Below, one piece after another: positions 16,801-24,717 of a DNA stretch of 64,000 nucleotides (within the stretch, counting starts at the first letter, position 1; each line of letters starts with the position of its first letter). Under the pieces are notes generated by a model. The model made no database searches and had not been told where the DNA came from. It was given only the letters and a program-made list of their open reading frames with translations. The translations under genes and the position numbers were made by a program. The DNA is from a phage, in sequence record NC_100327.1. One strand, 5' to 3'.

Positions 16801-19525
16801 AAACCTGCGTGTCTGTGAAGATTGCAGGGTTTACTCTCGCCTGTCTTGGAGGGTAACCTGTAGTTTGGTTAAACCACAAATTACAAGAGTAATCCCTCAT
16901 ATAGTCATAATCAGAGTATTTGTTTACATCTTCGTTCCAACACATGTTTAGGTTGGTACCGCCCATGCATACAATATATTCTGCGACATACTTATCACTT
17001 CTGGTAGGAATACCTATGAACCATCTGTTAACAGGCTCATCCCAAGCTGTGCGCTCATCTTTAACGCAGATAGCAATCCAGTCATGTGTTCCTGTTTTCT
17101 TGCACACATCTCGCTTCATACCATAGTAGAACTCTTTAGTATCCGGCTCAGGTGCATTTATCAGGTAACTCCATGCCTGATTTGCATAAGTTCCATTGGT
17201 GCGTGGATCATGATCAAAGGCATACATGATGATCCTTTCCCCACCAAGATGTTCGCCAAGAGTAACTTTGACATTCACATCGCCGTAACCGTTGCGAACA
17301 ACATCCATATTATCAATAGAGATACCTCTGGGCGTGTAGGCAATTTTCAGCGAGTTATCTTCACTAGTGCCGCCAAGTGTAATCCCTATGTTGTTTGTTG
17401 TCCCGTCGACATATCTTACTGTAGCTTCCCAGCGTATTCCGAAATATCCTGCATCATGGCTGACAATTTTCAGTGTACGAGCCCCAGAGCTAGGTTTTCC
17501 AGGATCAGGCCAAGGATCTGGATGTTCATGGACAGTCAACGATGTTCCGTTTTGCTCGTTGACCTGCAACATTTTACCGCCTCTGCCGTTAGGGTTGAAC
17601 TCCCACAAGGCTTGTGTTTTCACAACATTGTCATACGTGGTACGTCTCTGATCGTAGATCTCTTGAGTCACATCGTAGGTTACAGACCCGGCATCCATTC
17701 TATGGAGTCGTACCATATACGATGTATCGCCTTCTACAACAGGTTGAGCTGCGTTAAGCCCGAAGTATACAGTATCGTTGACATGGAACTGTTTGTTTCT
17801 ACCGACAGTATGCCACTTGCCGTTGGACGGATACGCAGGAACTATGGTGTTCCAGTTCAAAGTTCTTGTCGTATGGGTTCTGCCTGTGCCATGCTTGTCA
17901 TGATAGGTTATTTTTACAGAGTACAGGCCACGTCTGTTAACATTTCTGTTATACTGGGTAACAACAACTTCGTTGGCCCCACCGTGGTTCCAGTTGGTGG
18001 AGAATTGGTAATTTGCATCTGTAACAACCGTACCTGCAGCATTTACCAACTCAATCTTGTCAATAATGAACGTAGCCCCCTCTGGCTGAGGCTTCAATTT
18101 CATCTTGACCGTGTCACCAATGTAGATATTGCTAACACTACTAACACCATTAACGTCGAAAATATCATCAACGCCCCAACTGTCTACTGGGACATTTTTA
18201 TACCAATTCTCAGGAACCTCTGTGAACCCCTGACTATTAAGTCTGCCGCCAAACAGGTTATTAGAGCCTGCAAAACTTCCCCTTGGGATGCCTGACCACC
18301 AAAGTTTGCCATTAACAACAGTAAAGGTCCCTAAGAAACCTTCTCTGTGGATACCCTGGAAATAAACACTTTCTGTCCAGCTTACTGGCATCCGTTGCTC
18401 GACGTATTTAGCCGTAGCCAGAGCCTGATAGTGAATAAAATTAGCCCTAGGACTGTTGTTTGCAGATTGTGCACCAATATCATTGCACAGATTGCGAGAG
18501 AAGCCACGATACTGTTTGGTGCCATTATTGAAGAAAATGCCACTTGTGCCGTATCCACGAGCCATTATCACCTCATGGGTGTAGGTGATATTTAAGGAAC
18601 GCCATGTGTCATCTCCCCAGACGTCTTGCCCGTAGAATACGTTAACAAGCTGTTGGTCATCAGGTTTGTGCATCCTTTCTGTGGCTATAATTGCACCATT
18701 AGGTCCACACATGAACCCTTTCCATGTCTCGCCCACCGGGATGCCTTTAAACTGGTCAAGAGTCACATGCTCGGCTGGATAAACTAGTGTGTTTTTGCTG
18801 TTATTTCTTAAGAAATCGTAACCTGCAATCCAGAATCCGTTAGGACCACCAAAAATAACCGAGTTGTCATGAACTTCACAATTAATTCTTGGATTTTTCC
18901 AAGGACCTGTCTCTGGACTTTCAGATGTTTCACCGATCTTAACTGGAGTAGCGTGTTGACTTTTGTCAACATGAAGAGAGCCGTAAGTATTATTGCCAGA
19001 GCCGTACAGGTGAAGCATACCATCAGCCTCTGGTGCAGCAATTACCCACACTGTATTGTTTACGCCACCCATTACTTCAACAAGTCTCTCAGGATGGGTG
19101 TCCAAATGCAACCCTGTTACGATCTGTTCCGGCAAAGGTGTCCACTCTCTGACACAAACATCGTTTCCACCTGCTGCCTCCGATCCGATAAGACCAGCTG
19201 TGCAACCAATATAGAAAAATTTATTATCGAATGTGCGGATTACAAATGCACGGTCAGCTCTCCAAACATGGTCTACGTTCCAAGCTGCCTCATTAGGATA
19301 GTTTATTGTATCAAGATCTCCAGTCCGACACTCTCCGAACCTATTATAGCCAGTAATATTAAGCTGACCATCATCAAAAAGTATAGCTAAGCTATTTACA
19401 TAGGATACTGTGTTGCTTGTACCATCACTGTTGTCTATTGGGTATGACAGAACAGCAAGTTCCTTAATTCCACCCCTCTTATCGAGGAAATGACGACCAA
19501 GTTTTAGCAAAGGGATTGGAAGCAT
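13889..19525 (-). CDS. giant virion-associated protein (1878 aa) with C-terminal bacterial Ig-like domain; putative adhesin or tail fibre
   Basis: Single uninterrupted ORF; Big_2-like segment IATVDAATGLVTFKATGNVTIKFVVTDDAG near C-terminus; lies at distal end of tail-fibre block. Confidence 0.6.
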   Translation of the reverse strand: MLPIPLLKLGRHFLDKRGGIKELAVLSYPIDNSDGTSNTVSYVNSLAILFDDGQLNITGYNRFGECRTGDLDTINYPNEAAWNVDHVWRADRAFVIRTFDNKFFYIGCTAGLIGSEAAGGNDVCVREWTPLPEQIVTGLHLDTHPERLVEVMGGVNNTVWVIAAPEADGMLHLYGSGNNTYGSLHVDKSQHATPVKIGETSESPETGPWKNPRINCEVHDNSVIFGGPNGFWIAGYDFLRNNSKNTLVYPAEHVTLDQFKGIPVGETWKGFMCGPNGAIIATERMHKPDDQQLVNVFYGQDVWGDDTWRSLNITYTHEVIMARGYGTSGIFFNNGTKQYRGFSRNLCNDIGAQSANNSPRANFIHYQALATAKYVEQRMPVSWTESVYFQGIHREGFLGTFTVVNGKLWWSGIPRGSFAGSNNLFGGRLNSQGFTEVPENWYKNVPVDSWGVDDIFDVNGVSSVSNIYIGDTVKMKLKPQPEGATFIIDKIELVNAAGTVVTDANYQFSTNWNHGGANEVVVTQYNRNVNRRGLYSVKITYHDKHGTGRTHTTRTLNWNTIVPAYPSNGKWHTVGRNKQFHVNDTVYFGLNAAQPVVEGDTSYMVRLHRMDAGSVTYDVTQEIYDQRRTTYDNVVKTQALWEFNPNGRGGKMLQVNEQNGTSLTVHEHPDPWPDPGKPSSGARTLKIVSHDAGYFGIRWEATVRYVDGTTNNIGITLGGTSEDNSLKIAYTPRGISIDNMDVVRNGYGDVNVKVTLGEHLGGERIIMYAFDHDPRTNGTYANQAWSYLINAPEPDTKEFYYGMKRDVCKKTGTHDWIAICVKDERTAWDEPVNRWFIGIPTRSDKYVAEYIVCMGGTNLNMCWNEDVNKYSDYDYMRDYSCNLWFNQTTGYPPRQARVNPAIFTDTQVFLTKQANEVQTFKNKYDPNKWFYNCYGAFFWGPGELPGGGSCLNAATYASDYIMGQVKKYKIIPGPETLGNAVDPYIIMTALRSNMDGTSMSMQIPVTNGYKRVVMIIKCDLIGKQVLAENGTSTHPFEIALHYQFADSPFAGDKRISDTDAQRCKKVLLGAGWWWYEFDLTDKFTDTSKVVTGLRLDLGENMHKAVCDGTYGDPTIYLKYISFEHPEDVVYGPKLRLFGSWIAKDRVGMGKKVRGFLVDAGTEDMLVNAVWPELPGTQWDNSAKSINWFNIHRAMWTTNCYLWRELNDQAFGFSDGRRMAIICWTTLQRCYDHDYEIGGRAWKNIRDRIITNFADDNGGGAHNFGTSRLIHLNGSSAYKKEGYSGSMIEWGLVKDARVLMGQQLAAAIGPSAVQSAKPAWFDIPLWSSGTPGAAAINPTTGDLEISWEDLKQVGGWDKTGYQVQWWRADGSLAADEFVKDNFYTMSSAKAQELFGQATPSTITMSMCCKDNRTGALGPRVAKVFSGIKWNLPVQSISWKQIGDNKLLVTPACQFNATLNVDPAVAANSAKASDFSVSNTAMADVRKIDTLNARITCKNTYGTFQIINNFTDADSKVVRTASQTLSLGTLAYAALITEQSATLQGGGVGKSIATPVWKPNEWVVFDLTVDFSSDNNWTWVRNCLSQLMGGPSSISDSHDSTDPSVFQVGKTHPETGETLPDRKYALVCISYGKADVTFSGTHTYNGTYNFSRKYSLKAGNIVDEVGVLYNPGNGIGIVGGKLQMQEPSITPSNVSGIRKTWESSNTNIATVDAATGLVTFKATGNVTIKFVVTDDAGRKTSSTSFTVKQMAPQWRMWIGTATNGAYPNPAGTSGMKTFSTSKPMEYGSGPKVGQMVYFGAYIPEIIGLPRSQLQLLFGAGVDDLATFGYSDNIEAARSSGWVGFRMESGKEGRILGTASIGVMFPGDQQYRLEAYATFSR

Positions 19526-19573
19526 TGTGTTCTCCAGATAAGAAAACCGCCCCGTCAGGAGCGGTTAGATATA

Positions 19574-21319
19574 TTAACGTTGTGCAATTACTACGTCTAC
19601 AATATCACCAACACCACAATACGTTAATTGCAGCAAGGTAACACTGTTAGCCTTGTTGTTAATAACAGGTGTTGCCGACAGGATAGCATACTTATCGTGC
19701 AAAGTCACGTTGTGACCTACAGCATCCTGAATGACATAGATAACTGCAGTGAATGGATAAGGTTTATCTTCCGCTGATGTCCCAGGCCACTGTCCTATTG
19801 TAAAATCCCCTTTCGCGTGGACAACATACATGCTGGCCTGCCCGTTAGGTGTCCATGTCCCACTGGACGCGTCAACCTCCTCTAAGTCAAAATCTACCTT
19901 TCCTGCGTGGAAAGTAGGGGCAGTAATGGTTTTACCCGCCTCAATTTCTTGAGAGGTGGTTATCTTACCACTGGAGTTAATGCCATTACAGACAAAGTTG
20001 ACATTAGAGAAGTCTGGCAGCCACCCGGTCACTGTGCCGGATATTTCAAGGTTGTGAAGGTAGGTGGTGCCAGTCCCTGCGGCGTTTAAACTAACATCTC
20101 CATTTACCTGCAAGTTTCTGGTAATGTTGCAGTTTTCAGAGTTTGCAGTTGTTGCAGTTAAAGTGGTGGTGGTTAGCTCGGTAATTGTACCTTTATTGGC
20201 TGTAAGCCCTTCTCCTTCAAAAGTTGCACGCTCATTGACTCTTAGAGTATTCAGAGCTATATTTTGGATAGAGGCTGTACCTCGAATAACTACAGACCCG
20301 CCAACCTCCAAATCGCCATTTATCAATGCATCACCCGTGCTTTCAATATAGCTAGGGTAGATCATGGTGCCATCGACAGAGTATGTTATCCCTGTAACGG
20401 TACCTGTCACCTCAAGGTTCTTAACCCTGGTGGTCCCATCGACCTGCAATGTCGGTTCGGTTGCTGCCTTCATGGCATTACCACGAATGTACACGTAGTC
20501 AAAAAAGTTATTACCCAGACCATCAAAATGCACATCGTTATTATTGGCCACTGGTTTCCCAGAAGTTATAGTGTCAGCTATAACCCTGTGGGTGGACACT
20601 TCATGAGGTTGCAGCTCTGTACTTCTCCAGTCTGCATGCTTAGGATCGCTCCACGCAAAAGTAAGTGTAGAAGTATTTGCCGTGAGGATTAGATTCCTAA
20701 AGCGTGCAGTAGAATCTGCCCCATTAACAGGTCCATGTAAGGTAAGGGTGCCACCAACTATAGTGTTAGCGAGTTCTGTAAGACCTTTTACCACCAAAGA
20801 CCCTACAGTAACTTTCATCCCCTCCATGGCTTTAAATATGCTATCAACATAGTCAACAACAAACTCTGTGTTTGCTATGGACTCTGACTTATCGTCCATT
20901 GGAGGTGTAGGTACTCGTGGGTCACCTTCGAACCTCGGGCTGTTAAGTTTTGCGTAGTATTTTGCCATTACTGCAGAGTCGGTATATAATCTCCAGTTTG
21001 GAGATTGTGAAGGATCTGCTGGCATTCTAACCGGGTTAGATTTTGATGCTGCGGGAGCGTACCACCACTGAGGGCCTGTGTCCCCTTTAAACTCGTACAG
21101 CTGGTTAAAAACTGTTGTGGATGCACCATACGCCCAAGGGATCGGTGGCGTTTTAAAATAAAGGTTGTCAAGCATGGCTTTTCGTACCGTAGGGATGGTG
21201 GTCCCATCCTCTACGACAACTTCATCCACAGCGTTACCGTTGACAACCAAGTGCAAACGTTCAGAATCAACAATTACTTGATCTACCGCCTGCTCAAAGC
21301 TTGTCATGTCTTGCGCCAT
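19574..21319 (-). CDS. tail fibre or tailspike protein
   Basis: 581 aa, Gly/Thr/Asn/Val-rich repeats typical of beta-helical fibre proteins; inside tail-fibre gene block. Confidence 0.5.
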   Translation of the reverse strand: MAQDMTSFEQAVDQVIVDSERLHLVVNGNAVDEVVVEDGTTIPTVRKAMLDNLYFKTPPIPWAYGASTTVFNQLYEFKGDTGPQWWYAPAASKSNPVRMPADPSQSPNWRLYTDSAVMAKYYAKLNSPRFEGDPRVPTPPMDDKSESIANTEFVVDYVDSIFKAMEGMKVTVGSLVVKGLTELANTIVGGTLTLHGPVNGADSTARFRNLILTANTSTLTFAWSDPKHADWRSTELQPHEVSTHRVIADTITSGKPVANNNDVHFDGLGNNFFDYVYIRGNAMKAATEPTLQVDGTTRVKNLEVTGTVTGITYSVDGTMIYPSYIESTGDALINGDLEVGGSVVIRGTASIQNIALNTLRVNERATFEGEGLTANKGTITELTTTTLTATTANSENCNITRNLQVNGDVSLNAAGTGTTYLHNLEISGTVTGWLPDFSNVNFVCNGINSSGKITTSQEIEAGKTITAPTFHAGKVDFDLEEVDASSGTWTPNGQASMYVVHAKGDFTIGQWPGTSAEDKPYPFTAVIYVIQDAVGHNVTLHDKYAILSATPVINNKANSVTLLQLTYCGVGDIVDVVIAQR

Positions 21320-21328
21320 GATTTCTCC

Positions 21329-21595
21329 TTAAGCTTTTTGCTCTTCGTTTTTAACGTGGTCAGGGTGCTGGCAACCCCACCGGAGCGAGATGAATTTGCT
21401 AATAAGCTGGGGGCAAGCTACTGAAGGCGCGTATATCCACGCATACCATTCAGGAAGCGTATCATTATACCCCATATGAATAAACACCCCAGTCATCACC
21501 GCCATGCCTATGTTCGACCATAGCTTAGTTTGGGACACTTTCGTAGGGTCATCAGATGCCGCAACCAGTCCCCATAAAAACTGAGTTAGTTTCAT
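21329..21595 (-). CDS. small membrane protein (holin-like topology)
   Basis: 88 aa with two to three hydrophobic segments and charged C-terminus. Confidence 0.3.
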   Translation of the reverse strand: MKLTQFLWGLVAASDDPTKVSQTKLWSNIGMAVMTGVFIHMGYNDTLPEWYAWIYAPSVACPQLISKFISLRWGCQHPDHVKNEEQKA

Positions 21596-21606
21596 TTACC
21601 CTCTTT

Positions 21607-22650
21607 TTAAGCATAAGATATAGTGATCCATTGACCATTTACAAGTTTTTGGATAGCACCTGTCCAGTAGTCACCTTGATAAGGGTGTTTATAAGCGTAG
21701 TTACCAGAGCACATCACATGCCCAGGGTAGACTCTTGACTCTCTGTAGGTGGTTTTGAAACGGTTTGCTATCCTTACATCATCAACCCCTCTGCTAGGCA
21801 TAGGAATAGTAAGGTTACCACTACTGTCTGCGCCGTTACCATTTACCCTGCGGACCACGTTTCTTCCACCAACTGTTGCGTATTGGCCCCTGACGGTTTC
21901 ATCGTTACAATCAACTCTTCCACCTATTTGAGCGCTTCCGCAGGATTGTTGTCCATTAATAGTGGCTCTTGGTATCGTGACCGCATTGGCATTTGCAGAG
22001 GAACTTTTTGCATCGTTGCATTCAAGATTCCCTTGGATAGCCAGTCTTGCACGGTTGGCAGTTATAGCATTGAGCTTCATAGCCGAAAACACAGGCTGCC
22101 CACCAGAAGGTTGAAATCTCCAACGGAACCCGTCTATTTGGTGAGAAGGATCATCAAGGTCTGTGCCGTCAGCACCACCGATGTTGTCCATAATCCAGAA
22201 ATCCATCGTCGTCTTGTCTGGAGTTATGGTGGTATATATTGCCGCATTGTCTGTTGACGCAGATGCAAACTCGATTCTTTGAAGACCTAAAGTTTGAGTC
22301 TGAGTCATTATGTCTCCAGACTTGTCAATATATAGATCGTCCATTTCTTCAGGCGAGTATACATTGAGAACTTGACGTGCAGCAGCTTTGTCTGGAACGT
22401 CTGCTAGATTATTAGTGACCCTTAAGAATCTATTATCCCATCCTGGGACAACATCTTCTGTTAGATGCTTTAACCACGCAGAAAGCATGTGAAGTTCAAA
22501 GTTAACAACTTCACATGCCACTCTTTGTGTCATATCCCAACCTTTCAATCTCTCTTCTTTTTTTGGTTGAGACTTATTCAACTCTCCCGTATTTTCAAGC
22601 ACAACATCCTGATTGGCCCAAATATCAAGAGGGATAACTGGTTTAGTCAT
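21607..22650 (-). CDS. tail fibre protein, paralog B
   Basis: 347 aa; N-terminal IWA...GW motif typical of side-tail-fibre baseplate-attachment domains; C-terminus LQKLVNGQWITISYA shared with paralog at 23665-24705. Confidence 0.6.
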   Translation of the reverse strand: MTKPVIPLDIWANQDVVLENTGELNKSQPKKEERLKGWDMTQRVACEVVNFELHMLSAWLKHLTEDVVPGWDNRFLRVTNNLADVPDKAAARQVLNVYSPEEMDDLYIDKSGDIMTQTQTLGLQRIEFASASTDNAAIYTTITPDKTTMDFWIMDNIGGADGTDLDDPSHQIDGFRWRFQPSGGQPVFSAMKLNAITANRARLAIQGNLECNDAKSSSANANAVTIPRATINGQQSCGSAQIGGRVDCNDETVRGQYATVGGRNVVRRVNGNGADSSGNLTIPMPSRGVDDVRIANRFKTTYRESRVYPGHVMCSGNYAYKHPYQGDYWTGAIQKLVNGQWITISYA

Positions 22651-22739
22651 CGCGTTCTCCTGAGAAAATTCCTTAGGACTATTTTAACACTTTAGAGAAC
22701 AAAATGCAAGAACGGAGTCCTTTCCGTTCTGACCTTTGT

Positions 22740-23054
22740 TTACCTTTTACTATGCTCTACGAGCATGTGCAAAATCTTTTGTACATCAGCTCGGATACCG
22801 GAGACATCTGTCCTGACATCCTGCTTAAGGTCGTTAATATCGGCCTCTAGCTTGCTTAACCGGGTCTCGATAACGGAATCAAGTTTATCTTTTGTAACCA
22901 TACTGTTTTTCACTAAGATGAGGTCTTTCTCCAGTTCATCCAACCTCTTGGAAATGCCTTTCCATTTGGTGTGCCACTGGTTGAAAGCCCATACACAGAT
23001 CGGGACAACGGTACCCATGCAGATACCGTACAATGCCGCCAAATCCAACTCCAC
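22740..23054 (-). CDS. membrane-anchored coiled-coil protein
   Basis: 104 aa; N-terminal hydrophobic helix then heptad-like charged region. Confidence 0.35.
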   Translation of the reverse strand: MELDLAALYGICMGTVVPICVWAFNQWHTKWKGISKRLDELEKDLILVKNSMVTKDKLDSVIETRLSKLEADINDLKQDVRTDVSGIRADVQKILHMLVEHSKR

Positions 23055-23065
23055 AACACCTCCTC

Positions 23066-23650
23066 TTAGAGGGTAGGTCGCTCCGGGAAGAAAATGTCAG
23101 GGGCTTTAGATGTATCTATTTCAAGAAGTTTTACCCTGTACATTTTCAAATCTCTGATGTTACGTTTCTGGTCATCAGTAAGATCATATTCAAGGTCAAT
23201 CATGTCTTGATAGGCACCAATTCTAGCAGTAGCCCAAGCAAGTTCTGTCTCTATGACACCCTCTGCCTGTTGAACAAAGAATTCATTGTCTGTGACAAAT
23301 TCATCACCAACTAAACGCAAAGCGTCGTGGTGAAGCATAATGTTTTCTGGTACCTCTTCTTTTTTGGCGATAACCACACGAAGACCTGGAGCAGGCCATA
23401 AGGCATCAGGTTCTTCTGTAGATGTCTTAAGAATTCCCTTTTCGTCAACAAGTAGGAAGATACAACCCGGATTTTCTTGTCGTAATGTTCTTGACTGCAC
23501 ATACCAATCGCCATCATCATTACGTAAAAAATACCCAGTGTATGCGGTGTAGTCCTCAACCTCTTGAGGGGTCAGCTCTTTGGTTTCCTTGTTGGCGTGG
23601 TATTCGCCAGATCCCGGTTGGTAAAGTTTAAACTCTTGGAGTATTTTCAT
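23066..23650 (-). CDS. tail fibre assembly chaperone (Tfa-like)
   Basis: 194 aa directly downstream of a tail fibre gene; C-terminal segment resembles conserved C-termini of Tfa/gpG/Mu U-type chaperones. Confidence 0.5.
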   Translation of the reverse strand: MKILQEFKLYQPGSGEYHANKETKELTPQEVEDYTAYTGYFLRNDDGDWYVQSRTLRQENPGCIFLLVDEKGILKTSTEEPDALWPAPGLRVVIAKKEEVPENIMLHHDALRLVGDEFVTDNEFFVQQAEGVIETELAWATARIGAYQDMIDLEYDLTDDQKRNIRDLKMYRVKLLEIDTSKAPDIFFPERPTL

Positions 23651-23664
23651 GCTAGTCCTCCGAT

Positions 23665-24705
23665 CTATGCATAATTAACAGTGATCCATTGACCATTTAC
23701 AAGTTTTTGTAAAGGTCCTGCCCAGTAAGTTGAACCACGCATCTCTTTTTTGTCACCGAAATGCCAGCCTGTGACAACGTAGCCATTGCGGATTGGAGAC
23801 TCAGAAACGCCGTCCACAAGTCTTGCACCGATTCTGATGTCTTGCACACCTGTCTGCGGGATAGTGATCGTTACATCACCGTTACCGTTAGCCGTCACCC
23901 CGTTCACAGAGCGCACCACATTTCTGTTACCGACAACACAGTGCTGGCTTCTTACAACCATACTGTCACAACTTGCACCACCATTAACATATACTGACCC
24001 AGCCGTCAACTGACTAGCCACATTACAGTTGGTGAATGTTGCGGTATTGCTGATAGTAAGGTTATTGCACCTCATGTTATCGACAACTTCAACATTGCCT
24101 ACCACTTTCAACAGCGCACGGTTAGCCGTGATCGCGTTAAGGTACATCAAAGTGAACTCCGGATTAATATCCGGTTGAGTTGGCTGGAATCTCCAACGAA
24201 ACGCATCTATTGTAGATGTGCCACCATCATCAAACGCCCCAGTATTATCACTTAACCCAAAGTCGAGAGTTGTCTTATCTGGGCCAATAGTTGTCTCTAT
24301 CCAAGCCTTATCTGTCTCGGCAGCTTTAAAGTTGATACGTTGCAAACCCAATGGGCCTGTCATTGTATCACCTGTAACTTTTACATACCTGGCGTCTGCC
24401 TCTTCCTTAGTAATAATCCCAAGGTTTCTACGGGCAACAGGAATGTTCAAAAGATCACTCAAGTTATTATCACGTACCAGATAACGGCCTTCTTGAGCGG
24501 GGATCTGCTCGTCAGCAATGTATTTTGCCCAAGTTCCGAGCATATTGAAAATATAGTTAAGTTCTTCACATGAGGGCTTTTGACCAAGATCCCAACCTTT
24601 TCTCCACAAATCATCAATCGGGCGTAGCCTGTTCTGTCTGTGGGTGTTAGGCAGAACCTGATCCTCCTCTGCCCAAATCTCTAATGGAAAACTAGGTTTT
24701 GACAT
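23665..24705 (-). CDS. tail fibre protein, paralog A
   Basis: 346 aa; N-terminal EIWA...KGWD motif and C-terminal LQKLVNGQWITVNYA shared with paralog B, divergent middle. Confidence 0.6.
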   Translation of the reverse strand: MSKPSFPLEIWAEEDQVLPNTHRQNRLRPIDDLWRKGWDLGQKPSCEELNYIFNMLGTWAKYIADEQIPAQEGRYLVRDNNLSDLLNIPVARRNLGIITKEEADARYVKVTGDTMTGPLGLQRINFKAAETDKAWIETTIGPDKTTLDFGLSDNTGAFDDGGTSTIDAFRWRFQPTQPDINPEFTLMYLNAITANRALLKVVGNVEVVDNMRCNNLTISNTATFTNCNVASQLTAGSVYVNGGASCDSMVVRSQHCVVGNRNVVRSVNGVTANGNGDVTITIPQTGVQDIRIGARLVDGVSESPIRNGYVVTGWHFGDKKEMRGSTYWAGPLQKLVNGQWITVNYA

Positions 24706-24717
24706 TTTATCTCCTGA

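Noticed and set aside
17084-18295. 403-codon plus-strand ORF
   Set aside because: Lies wholly antisense within the 1878-aa minus-strand gene, has no RBS or operon context, and its low-complexity translation looks like a shadow ORF of a long gene.
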